Positions 48,641 through 57,731 of a stretch of DNA of 64,000 bases are shown here, piece after piece. The notes below the pieces were generated by a model, which was given only the letters and a program-made list of their open reading frames with translations, made no database searches and was not told where the DNA came from. Source of the DNA: Candidatus Poribacteria bacterium (GTDB taxonomy: Bacteria > Poribacteria > WGA-4E > WGA-3G); contig OZ244048.1 of NCBI GenBank assembly GCA_965215265.1, positions 3,232,001 to 3,296,000 of the forward strand, written 5' to 3'. Both the position numbers and the translations under genes were made by a program. Position 1 is the first letter of the stretch. The number at the start of each line of letters is the position of its first letter.

Positions 48641-48686
48641 TTGACGGGAAAAGGTATTGACGTGAGGTCAATACCTTACCCGTCAA
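48641..48686. repeat. Long inverted repeat related to the palindromic element family (possible terminator)
   Basis: ttgacggg-aaaaggtattgac-gtgag-gtcaatacctta-cccgtcaa. Confidence 0.7.
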
Positions 48687-48744
48687 CTGAACGAACATAA
48701 ACTGTTCAAACTTTCGTACGTACGTACATATAAAAGGCTAAATT

Positions 48745-50205
48745 ATGGCTGGTAAAACTCCAAATATCCTCTGGATTTGTACAGATCAGCAGCGTTACGA
48801 TACGATAGGCGTGCTCGGCAATTCCCACGTCTCAACACCGAATATCGATAGTCTGGTTGAAGAGGGCGTTGCCTTTACTCACGCATACTGCCAAAGTCCA
48901 ATATGTACGCCAAGTCGTGCCAGTTTTCTGACTGGTATGTATCCGAGTGCTGTCCATCTGAACGGCAATGGAAATGATTTCTTTCCGAGTACCTATCCCC
49001 TTGTAACTCGGACACTTGCTGATGCTGGGTACGATTGTGGGTTGATTGGGAAGCTACATCTTGCCAGTGCCTACCGGCGGATTGAGCCGCGAGCGGATGA
49101 CGGTTATCGGTATTGGCAATATAGCCACGCGCCGCGGGATGACTGGGAGGTTGGACATGATTATGCTGATTGGGTCCGTTCCAAAGGTTATATTCTCGGA
49201 GAATTGAATCGGGATGCCGCGGGTGTGCCCGCCGAGCTCCATCAAACAACGTGGTGCGCCGAAAAGACGATCGATTTTATACACGAGGAACGTGACGGAC
49301 CATGGCTAGCAAGTGTAAATATTTATGACCCGCATCCCCCCTTCAACCCCCCGCAAAGCCATAGAGAACGATTCAATCCGATCGAGATGCCTGCCCCGCT
49401 TTTCCAAGAGAGCGATCTGGAACAACAGAGACGATTGCAAAACGTCGATTTCCAATCATCCGGACGAACTCCGGACGAACTTGATATTCGGAATCCAATC
49501 TTACCAAAGCGCCCAGGAAGGCACTCATCCACAGAAATAGACTTAATGAGCGGAAGAGATGCACGAACCCTTAAAGCCGCCTATTATGCTATGATTCAAC
49601 TCCTTGATGAACAGATAGGAAGAATACTTGAAACCCTTAAGGAGACAGGTCAACGCGATAACACGCTTATCATCTTTACCAGCGATCACGGTGAAACCCT
49701 TGGTGACCACGGGCTAATTCAGAAAGGCTGTCGATTTTATGAGGGGCTTGTGCGTGTCCCGCTCATCTTCTCATATCCGGAGCAATTTGTCCAAGGCATG
49801 AAAAGCGATGCACTCGTTGAATTGACTGACAAAACCCCAACGTTATTGGAGTTAGTTGGACTTCCGGTGCCGGAAAATATGCACGGCCGTTCGCTACTCG
49901 CTATCCTACGTGGCGAGTCAAATCCGCACCACCATCGCGATTTTGTGCGATGCGAATACTATGATGCCCTTGATATGCCAAATCATACCTTCGCAACAAT
50001 GTACCGCGATAAGCGTTACAAATTAGTTGTGTATCACGGACACGAAGAAGGCGAGTTGTATGATTTAACCGAAGACCCGTGTGAGTTTGATAACTTATGG
50101 CACAGGGCGGAAAAGCAGAACGTCAAATACCAATTGTTGAAACGTAGTTTCGATGCCGCTATGTTTTGCATGGATAGGGGGCCTCGGCGAGTCGGTCCTA
50201 TGTGA
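48745..50205 (+). CDS. Formylglycine-dependent sulfatase
   Basis: 'PNILWICTDQQR', 'CTPSRASFLTG' (CxPxR), 'GKLH', 'PHPP', 'SDHG', 'ELYDL..DP.E'. Confidence 0.94.
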   Translation: MAGKTPNILWICTDQQRYDTIGVLGNSHVSTPNIDSLVEEGVAFTHAYCQSPICTPSRASFLTGMYPSAVHLNGNGNDFFPSTYPLVTRTLADAGYDCGLIGKLHLASAYRRIEPRADDGYRYWQYSHAPRDDWEVGHDYADWVRSKGYILGELNRDAAGVPAELHQTTWCAEKTIDFIHEERDGPWLASVNIYDPHPPFNPPQSHRERFNPIEMPAPLFQESDLEQQRRLQNVDFQSSGRTPDELDIRNPILPKRPGRHSSTEIDLMSGRDARTLKAAYYAMIQLLDEQIGRILETLKETGQRDNTLIIFTSDHGETLGDHGLIQKGCRFYEGLVRVPLIFSYPEQFVQGMKSDALVELTDKTPTLLELVGLPVPENMHGRSLLAILRGESNPHHHRDFVRCEYYDALDMPNHTFATMYRDKRYKLVVYHGHEEGELYDLTEDPCEFDNLWHRAEKQNVKYQLLKRSFDAAMFCMDRGPRRVGPM

Positions 50206-50367
50206 AAAAGTAAAAACATCGGCATCTCCTTTTTTTCTAGGTGAATTTATACATGCAGTCAGCAAAAACGAATACGGACTATCTGTCAACTGATATTGTA
50301 AAAGTCTCCAAGGTTGTGTTGTAGAGAATTGTATCGGCCTACTTAGACCTATTTGATATAAAAGGGT

Positions 50368-51162
50368 ATGATGCTTCAACTAAATACTATCCATTGCGGG
50401 GACACGTTTGAATTACTAAACAGTTTGGAAGATGACTCAATAGATTTAATTGTCTGTGACGGTCCCTATGGTGTAACAGAGAAGGCATGGGATAAGATTC
50501 CGTCGATTCAAGAATTTAACCTAAACCTCATGAAGCGTTTTGCGCCGAAATTAAAACGGGGCGGCTCGTTGTATCTCTTTGGGAAACCTGATTGCATTGA
50601 CTTTATAGATTATCGGCAATTCTTAACGCTGCGTGCAAAGATTGTCTGGTATCAGCCAAGTAGACTCGCGCAAGGACGAATCAATTACACCAATAACTAC
50701 GACATTATCTGCTACTTCATTAAAGGCAAACGCCCAAGGTGCTATAATATTGATGCAATCCGAGTGGATCAACTTGCCGGGTTGACGCACCGGAGACGTT
50801 GCGAGAATGTGCCCTCTGTGGTGAACGGCAAGTTTGGCAAGACGAAATATAATCCGAACGGGAAGAACCCGGGCGATGTGTGGGGTGATATAAAACAGTT
50901 AACCTATAACTCGAAGGAGTTAGTAAGTCGGGAGGCTCTTAATACCATCCAAAAGCCGGAGCGGTTAATTGAACGGATTGTGTTAGCCAGTTCGTCACCG
51001 AGGGATCTGGTCTTGGATGCGTTTGCAGGGGTGGGGACGTGTGCTGTGGTGTGCAAGCGGCATCGGCGGGATTTTATCGGGTTTGAAATGGATCCGGACT
51101 TCGTAAAAATAGGCAATGAACGCCTGTTCTGCGGAGCTAACTCGCCAGAGCTATTTTTCTAA
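50368..51162 (+). CDS. Orphan N4/N6 DNA methyltransferase (beta class)
   Basis: Catalytic 'CDGPYG' (DPPY variant) N-terminal; 'QKPERL', SAM motif 'LDAFAGVGT', 'FIGFE'. Confidence 0.88.
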   Translation: MMLQLNTIHCGDTFELLNSLEDDSIDLIVCDGPYGVTEKAWDKIPSIQEFNLNLMKRFAPKLKRGGSLYLFGKPDCIDFIDYRQFLTLRAKIVWYQPSRLAQGRINYTNNYDIICYFIKGKRPRCYNIDAIRVDQLAGLTHRRRCENVPSVVNGKFGKTKYNPNGKNPGDVWGDIKQLTYNSKELVSREALNTIQKPERLIERIVLASSSPRDLVLDAFAGVGTCAVVCKRHRRDFIGFEMDPDFVKIGNERLFCGANSPELFF

Positions 51163-51189
51163 ACAGATACAAAATTTGTAGTAAGAATT

Positions 51190-51218
51190 TTGACAAAAAC
51201 ATTAGCGCATGATAATCT
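51190..51218 (+). promoter_or_regulatory. Putative sigma70 promoter with extended -10
   Basis: TTGACA-17 nt-TAATCT, preceded by TGn. Confidence 0.55.
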
Positions 51219-51402
51219 CTATGTTATAGAAGAAGAAGGTACAGGACTTGGAGGCTCAAGTTGCTTAACAGTGCATGATAATCTCTATGTTATAGAAGAA
51301 GAGGGTTTTAACCAAACAGTGGTATTTCCACCAACTATTACTGTGATTAATGCCATAGTTTTTTTCAATAAGTTTTAACCAAACAGTGGTATTTCCACCA
51401 AC
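51207..51402 (+). repeat. Two adjacent pairs of exact direct repeats (30 bp and 31 bp), each with a 36-bp unique spacer
   Basis: gcatgataatctctatgttatagaagaaga at 51207 and 51273; gttttaaccaaacagtggtatttccaccaac at 51305 and 51372. Confidence 0.9.
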
Positions 51403-51500
51403 AAAGGCGTTAAATTCCGCACTGATAACGGACAAGTGAAAAATGAAAAACAAATTTCCCCGGCTTGCAGCGGCGGATAAGAGATGTGAAGAGGTAAATT

Positions 51501-54221
51501 ATGAAGCATCACACTGATGAATGCATCGTGCATGAACAGACATTTGAAATAATGAAAGACGTTAAGTTAGCAGTAATTGTGTTTATATTGACTGCAGCGT
51601 TCAATTTAAGTTCCTGGTGTGAAACGTTCACGTACCACTGGGAGATATCTGAGATGCCTTCAGGGGTTGAAACGGTCTCCGTTGTCCAACCGATACAGGT
51701 TGACATACTGGGGAATCTTATACAAGCGAGTTCGGACAGTGCAGCTTTGAAACTCGCAAATTACTACTCTGTCTACCTGTCGCAGCAATGGGAACCTAAT
51801 CAAGCGTACCTATTGCTTCAGATGCTGGAGGCTATACCGCAGCATCGAAATTATCTCGGCAATCCGGAGAGACAAAAAGATCTGAGTTTCTGGTTTATAA
51901 TTGACGGATATGTAGAGAACGATATTCGGTTCAGTGAAATAGGAGGTACGAGGTTTGTTACTATATCGTCTGAGGTGTTTAACTATGCTGATCAGAAGCT
52001 TGCTCGAATCGAAGGTGTGCGTGGGCGCTTCTTCTCCAAGCGACTCCATCACGCCGTCGTTCGGTACGTGACTGACAACGGGGCAGACCGATATGCTATC
52101 GAACGTATCCTACGGGATAGGTATGATGTGCGTGTGAGCGTGCCGGATTATCAGGAACTGACCCGCAACACAACGGGTGAACACGCCGGACGCTTTTCAG
52201 AGTTTAAGAATGAAGAGTTGATCGATATAGTGTCGATGCTGGAGGAATTTCCTTCGGGGATGCTCAAAACCCCGGGGCTGCAGTATCTGGTCCGTCGCCT
52301 GGATGGTACCCCACATCCGTTGCATCCTGAGGCGGGGGCAGTGGCTTGGCCCTCAGCGGGCTACATAGAGTTTATGGAAGGGGCTTTTAAAGGCGGGAGC
52401 CCGGACAGTATTCATCGGTTGATTCTGCATGAGAAAGCACATTTCTTATGGGCACATCTGTTCGATGACCAGCTCAAACAAGATTGGATAGAACTAGGCG
52501 GATGGTTTGAAACTCCAGACGATGGCGATGGGTGGGCTACCACGAAGCAGATTGAATTTGTTTCTGCTTACGCGCACGGGAAAAATCCGAACGAGGATAT
52601 GGCGGAGAGTATCAGTTTTTACATCGTGAATCCGGATAAACTCCGTTCTCGGTCTCCTGCGAAATATGAGTTTATCCAGAATAGAGTGATGCACGGCACG
52701 CGCTACATCTCACGGATACGTGAAGACCTCACTTTCCATGTCTATAACCTCTATCCGGATTATGTCTATCCCGGTAAGATTATACGGGTAGATATCACCG
52801 CGGACGGGGGGCCGGAGGAAGATAAACTGGTAACAGTCGAGATCGAAATTCATGGGGAAAGCGATTTAGATGCGGCACGTTCGCTCTATGTACGGATATT
52901 TAGTGAGGCAGGCACCTTTAACGATATCCGACTATATGCGATAGATGAGAACGGGCGGAACGTCCCAGAGGGGCATGTGTTCAGAGGACAGGAAGTCTTC
53001 TCTCGATATGCTAAAAGTGGGTACTGGGCTCCTGACCAGATTAGCTTTGAAGATGCACACGGTCATGAGAGACATCAGTCGGAGCGTGATTTCGGGTGGA
53101 AACTTTACATAGATAACCCGCTTGAAGATTTAGCCCCGCCTGAATATGTGAAGGACTCGATGGGTCTTGCCTTGTCTCAAGCGGTTACCTCTGATGGCAG
53201 ACCGTATCAGATCGTTACGGCGAGCTGGGAAGTGATAGAGGCCTCCGGTATAGCCAGAGTGAACGCTGCATTGAATGATAATTTTCAGGAGACATATTCG
53301 ACGCTGAACGAATTTGAATATGGCGGCTATGTGCCTGAATTAGGTAAGGTGGTGGTTAAGTTCAATCTACCTGACTATATGCCAAGCGGTATGTACGCGT
53401 TAAACAAAATAGGAATGTTGGATGTTGCGAGAAACTCTTCAAAAGTCTATTTCACTGCTGGTGGCAAGGATGAAGCACCGAAGACGATTCGGGTGGAAAC
53501 GTCACGTCCGGATCTGTCGCCTCCGGTTTTGGATATTAATCGGATAACGGTTCGCGCAGAACCGACTATACCTGAGGCACCTAACGGTGAGACTATCGTC
53601 GATATTAGTTTCTGGATTAAGGACAACATCAGCGGTTATGCCAAAAGTGGGATGTATTTACGGGATCCGCACGGTGTTATGCATCATTTTTGGCATTTGC
53701 CGCCCGGGCGTGGCAGCTTGTATTTCAACGGGGATCCGACAGTTTTTAAGGAATATCACCAACGGATAGTTCTACCCGTAGGTAGCACCCCCGGCACATG
53801 GGGCTTAGCCGAAATGACACTGTTCGATAAAGCGAGTAACATCCTGAAATTGGACTTTACCGAGATTGTTAGATTTGAGGTCGGTGATAATCCGGCCGCT
53901 CCGACATTGCTGCTGACGAGCATACCTGAAAGGACTCAACTCTTGACTAACTATCCGAATCCGTTTAATCCTGAGACATGGATCCCGTATCATTTATCTG
54001 AAGGCACAGATGTCAAAATCAGAATTTGCGATATTACGGGCTCGCTGGTACGCTTAATCGATGTAGGTTTCCAACCTGCGGGGTTCTATGAGTCAAGTAG
54101 CAGAGCAGCAAGGTGGGATGGGCGTAACGGTTTCGGTGAGCAGGCTGCGAACGGCATTTACTTCTATCAGCTAGATGCCGGCAGTCTATCCGATTTACGA
54201 AAAATGGTGATATTGAAATAG
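51501..54221 (+). CDS. Secreted putative zinc metallopeptidase with Ig-like repeats and a C-terminal FlgD-Ig/secretion-tail domain
   Basis: Signal-like N-terminus; HExxH 'LHEKAH' plus downstream 'NPNEDMAES'; C-terminus 'LLTNYPNPFNPETWIPY...WDGRN..GE..A.GIYFYQL..RKMVILK'. Confidence 0.8.
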   Translation: MKHHTDECIVHEQTFEIMKDVKLAVIVFILTAAFNLSSWCETFTYHWEISEMPSGVETVSVVQPIQVDILGNLIQASSDSAALKLANYYSVYLSQQWEPNQAYLLLQMLEAIPQHRNYLGNPERQKDLSFWFIIDGYVENDIRFSEIGGTRFVTISSEVFNYADQKLARIEGVRGRFFSKRLHHAVVRYVTDNGADRYAIERILRDRYDVRVSVPDYQELTRNTTGEHAGRFSEFKNEELIDIVSMLEEFPSGMLKTPGLQYLVRRLDGTPHPLHPEAGAVAWPSAGYIEFMEGAFKGGSPDSIHRLILHEKAHFLWAHLFDDQLKQDWIELGGWFETPDDGDGWATTKQIEFVSAYAHGKNPNEDMAESISFYIVNPDKLRSRSPAKYEFIQNRVMHGTRYISRIREDLTFHVYNLYPDYVYPGKIIRVDITADGGPEEDKLVTVEIEIHGESDLDAARSLYVRIFSEAGTFNDIRLYAIDENGRNVPEGHVFRGQEVFSRYAKSGYWAPDQISFEDAHGHERHQSERDFGWKLYIDNPLEDLAPPEYVKDSMGLALSQAVTSDGRPYQIVTASWEVIEASGIARVNAALNDNFQETYSTLNEFEYGGYVPELGKVVVKFNLPDYMPSGMYALNKIGMLDVARNSSKVYFTAGGKDEAPKTIRVETSRPDLSPPVLDINRITVRAEPTIPEAPNGETIVDISFWIKDNISGYAKSGMYLRDPHGVMHHFWHLPPGRGSLYFNGDPTVFKEYHQRIVLPVGSTPGTWGLAEMTLFDKASNILKLDFTEIVRFEVGDNPAAPTLLLTSIPERTQLLTNYPNPFNPETWIPYHLSEGTDVKIRICDITGSLVRLIDVGFQPAGFYESSSRAARWDGRNGFGEQAANGIYFYQLDAGSLSDLRKMVILK

Positions 54222-54262
54222 TCAGGTGCGTATTAGTTTGCGTAAACAGATGAGGAGGCAAT

Positions 54263-55084
54263 ATGGGACGGAAAATTGGAATTTATTTGACTTTTATGCT
54301 GCTTTGTGTTATAAATATTAGCAATGCGGCTGTGAAAGTAGGATTTGTTTATCTGGGTGATAATGGACCATTTACCTCGCCTGCATTGGAATTCGCAGAG
54401 AAGGCATTCGAAACCACACAGTTGGCGAAAGGCGACCTGAAGAGCGGGACGTTTAAACAGTACGGTGTGGTGTGGTGGCATGAAGGCGACAGCGACCCGG
54501 GGGCTCTGTCCAATGCAGAAATTCAAGCGTTTTTGGATTATGCCGAGAGCGGTGGTGCGGTGCTATTGACAGGGTGGGCGATTCGCTATGCAACGCCCAT
54601 GGGGCTTGAAAAGGCAGAAGCCCGTGCCTTCGGGCCCGTCGCGGAAGATGGAATCAACGTTGGCATTACCGTGCTAGAGCAGACGCTGGATCTCGGTTTG
54701 GTGGAAGGACTCGAAAATATAGATGGAAAAATCCCACAAGTCGACGATAGAATTCAGGTGAATTCAACAGGTTACCCTAAAAGCGGGGATTATTATGACA
54801 AAATTTGGACGGATTTCATTACGCTCGCGAATGCGTGGGGTCCGCCTGCTAACGATTGGGGAGACCGAATTGCAGCTTTTGGGTATTGGGAAGCTGGCAA
54901 CGGAAAAATCTTCAATATGAATTGGCGGCTCCCAAACTACCACAAAAATAACAAGGATATTGAGCAGCTGGAACGACTGACAGAAAACGTTATCAATTGG
55001 TTGGCGAGTGAATCAGAATTCGCTGAAGTTTCTCCCGCCGATAAGTTATCGATGGTCTGGGGAGAGTTGAAAAACCAGAGGTAA
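54263..55084 (+). CDS. Secreted protein, class I glutamine amidotransferase-like fold, with a conserved C-terminal 'V.P.DKL...WG.LK' tail
   Basis: Signal peptide; 'FLDYAESGGAVLLTG', 'GNGKIF', 'LTENVINWL'; ends AEVSPADKLSMVWGELKNQR. Confidence 0.7.
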   Translation: MGRKIGIYLTFMLLCVINISNAAVKVGFVYLGDNGPFTSPALEFAEKAFETTQLAKGDLKSGTFKQYGVVWWHEGDSDPGALSNAEIQAFLDYAESGGAVLLTGWAIRYATPMGLEKAEARAFGPVAEDGINVGITVLEQTLDLGLVEGLENIDGKIPQVDDRIQVNSTGYPKSGDYYDKIWTDFITLANAWGPPANDWGDRIAAFGYWEAGNGKIFNMNWRLPNYHKNNKDIEQLERLTENVINWLASESEFAEVSPADKLSMVWGELKNQR

Positions 55085-55213
55085 ACACAACTCGGACAAT
55101 CAGCATTTTTGAATTTTACACGGTTCTAACTGAAAATTTCGGTGATACGAATAGAGTCTGTCCCAGGGGGTAGACACCTAACGAAAAGTTTCATATCACG
55201 CTTGGAGGATAAT

Positions 55214-57694
55214 ATGAAACCCAACTTTAACTTTGTCACGGCACTCCTTATGGCAATAACATACACCATCTGTTTTAGCTGTCCGCTAATAGGTTGGTGT
55301 CAAATGGAGAACGCCGGGCACGTCGAAATTCCCAAAGTTACGGCGTTGAAAGTTCAACCCATGTCCCTGACACTGGAACACGCACGCGATGGCCGCCGTG
55401 TTGTTGTATCAGGACGTACACAAGATGGTAGCTGGATCGATGTAACGCGCTGGGCGATCCTTACAGCCACGGATGCTAAAGTCGAAGTGCAACAAGATGG
55501 CTATATCTACCCGAAAGCAACCGGTGCTACTAAAGTTGCTGTCACGCTCAAGGGCCTCACTACAGAGTTACCGGTTGAAGTGAAGAGCATGGATGCCCCT
55601 GCAGTCAGTTTCGTACGAGATGTCATGCCGGTCTTGAGTCACGCTGGTTGTAACAACGGCACTTGCCACGGTGCTGCTAAGGGAAAAAATGGATTCAAGT
55701 TGTCCCTGCGCGGCTATGATCCGGAGTTTGACTATGAGCTCTTAATTGCAGATATCTCTGGACGCCGCTTTAACCGCGCATTTCCTGAACAGAGTTTAAT
55801 GCTGCTCAAGCCGACATCCGAAGTCCCGCATAAAGGTGGCCAGGTGATTGTCCCTGGTTCTAAGGACTACCGGCTTATCCACCAATGGATATCTGAAGGG
55901 GCTGTTTCTGACGTAAAGACCACTCAGCGGGTAGAACGTTTAGAGGTACTGCCCAATTCGTCTGAGTTGGCAATGCCCGGAGCAAAGCAACAGTTAATAG
56001 CGATTGCGCATTATCCTGATGGAACGATGCGTGATGTTACCCGCGAGGCGAAATTTACGAGCAGCGTTAATGAAGTGGCGAAAGTAAATGACGACGGAGT
56101 CGTCACGGCTGAACGTCGCGGCGAAACCGCGATACTGACGCGTTACGAAGGTGCTTATAGTACAAATGGCATCATCGTGATGGGCGATCGAAGCGGCTAC
56201 AAGTGGGTTGAAACCGCGGAATATAACTATATTGATACACACGTCCACAACAAACTCAAGCGGATGAAAATTCTGACATCTGAGCTTTGTACGGATGAAG
56301 AATTTGTGCGTCGAATCTATCTTGATTTAACCGGCATCCCGCCGACACCAGACCAGGTACGTAGTTTCCTTAATGACGGTACCCCGTCCAAGGCGAAGCG
56401 CGAACAGTTAATTGATGTCTTGGTTGAAACGCCAGAGTTTGTCGACCATTGGGCACATAAATGGGCAGATTTGTTGCAGTCTAACCGTAAGTTTCTAGGA
56501 GAACGCGGGGTGTGGCTTTTCCAGCAATGGATTCATGAGTCGATTGCTGAGAATCGTCCGTACGATCAGTTTGTCCGCGACCTGATTACTGCAACAGGGA
56601 GTAGTTACACCAACCCGGCTGCTAATTATTTCCGCGTTTCCCGTGAGTATACTGCTGCTGTGGAAAATACGACGCAACTCTTCTTGGGTGTTCGTTTTTC
56701 ATGTAATAAGTGCCACGATCATCCGTTTGAAAAGTGGACGCAAAACCAGTATTATGAGTTCGGTGCGTTCTTCGCGGATGTCAAGGTAAAGCCGGGGCAG
56801 CTGCCCGGTGATGAGGTGGTTTATGCGAGTTTCGCCGAAACGCCTGTGAAACACCCGCGAACCCTTGCCGTGGTTGAACCAACAGTACCTTTTGGCAAAG
56901 TAAATTCAGAGACTGAGGATAAACGTGCAATGCTCGCAGAGTGGCTCACAGATGCCGACAATCCTATGTTCGCACGGGCAGGTGTGAATCGCCTCTGGAG
57001 TTATTTCATGGGACGCGGTATTATTGAGCCCGTTGATGATATTCGAACGAGTAACCCGCCGACCAATCCTGAGCTTCTTGATGCGCTGACACAAGATTTT
57101 GTGACGAGTGGTTTCGATCTCAAGCACATGATGAAAACCATTACACGTTCCAGAACCTATCAGCAGAGCATCAAAACCAACAAGTGGAACAAGGCAGACA
57201 CCATTAATTTTTCTCATGCTGTTGCGAGACGTTTGACAGCAGAACAGTTGCTGGATTCCATCGGTGTTGCAACTGGGAGCCGCCCGAAATTTGAGTCGAT
57301 GCCCAAAAGCTTCAGAGCCGTTCAATTGCCGGATAGTAAGGTCAAAGATGATGGGTTTTTGAAGTTGTTCGGTCGTCCGGAACGTGAGACTTCGTGTGAA
57401 TGCGAACGGACTACAGAAGTCAGCCTTGCACACGCGATGAACCTTATTAACGGGCCGACGGTTGCGGATGCGCTGATAGATAAAAACGGCCGGATTGCAC
57501 AACTCCTTAAAAAGAATGTGGATAACCGAACTATAGTTGAGGAGTTGTACCTTGCGACGTTTTCGCGGTTGCCATTGGAGCATGAGTACAAAGTAGCAGT
57601 TGAACATCTCGCAAACGCCGAATCAAAGGAAGCAGGCGCGCAAGATTTGTTGTGGGCGTTGATTAACAGCCCCGCATTTTTATTTAATCGGTAA
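55214..57694 (+). CDS. DUF1549/DUF1553 (PSCyt2/PSD1) protein with Ig-like (BIG2) domains
   Basis: 'SFVRDVMPVL...GCNNGTCHG...GFKLSL', 'DEEFVRRIYLDLTG.PPT', 'CNKCHDHPFEKW', 'NRLWSYFMGRG', 'RRLTAEQL', 'FLFNR'; GGAGG before ATG 55214. Confidence 0.92.
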   Translation: MKPNFNFVTALLMAITYTICFSCPLIGWCQMENAGHVEIPKVTALKVQPMSLTLEHARDGRRVVVSGRTQDGSWIDVTRWAILTATDAKVEVQQDGYIYPKATGATKVAVTLKGLTTELPVEVKSMDAPAVSFVRDVMPVLSHAGCNNGTCHGAAKGKNGFKLSLRGYDPEFDYELLIADISGRRFNRAFPEQSLMLLKPTSEVPHKGGQVIVPGSKDYRLIHQWISEGAVSDVKTTQRVERLEVLPNSSELAMPGAKQQLIAIAHYPDGTMRDVTREAKFTSSVNEVAKVNDDGVVTAERRGETAILTRYEGAYSTNGIIVMGDRSGYKWVETAEYNYIDTHVHNKLKRMKILTSELCTDEEFVRRIYLDLTGIPPTPDQVRSFLNDGTPSKAKREQLIDVLVETPEFVDHWAHKWADLLQSNRKFLGERGVWLFQQWIHESIAENRPYDQFVRDLITATGSSYTNPAANYFRVSREYTAAVENTTQLFLGVRFSCNKCHDHPFEKWTQNQYYEFGAFFADVKVKPGQLPGDEVVYASFAETPVKHPRTLAVVEPTVPFGKVNSETEDKRAMLAEWLTDADNPMFARAGVNRLWSYFMGRGIIEPVDDIRTSNPPTNPELLDALTQDFVTSGFDLKHMMKTITRSRTYQQSIKTNKWNKADTINFSHAVARRLTAEQLLDSIGVATGSRPKFESMPKSFRAVQLPDSKVKDDGFLKLFGRPERETSCECERTTEVSLAHAMNLINGPTVADALIDKNGRIAQLLKKNVDNRTIVEELYLATFSRLPLEHEYKVAVEHLANAESKEAGAQDLLWALINSPAFLFNR

Positions 57695-57731
57695 TAGGTT
57701 TGTAGTATAGAAAAAATGGAGGAAACAACTG

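Noticed and set aside
1602-50205. Other TGA-terminated genes (GNAT, DUF402, WD40, sulfatase) as further selenoproteins
   Set aside because: Their TGA falls at the natural end of the domain, with no Cys-motif context and no recognisable domain continuing past it.
51207-51402. Calling this region a bona fide CRISPR array
   Set aside because: Two different repeats with two copies each and no cas genes; kept only as a finding.
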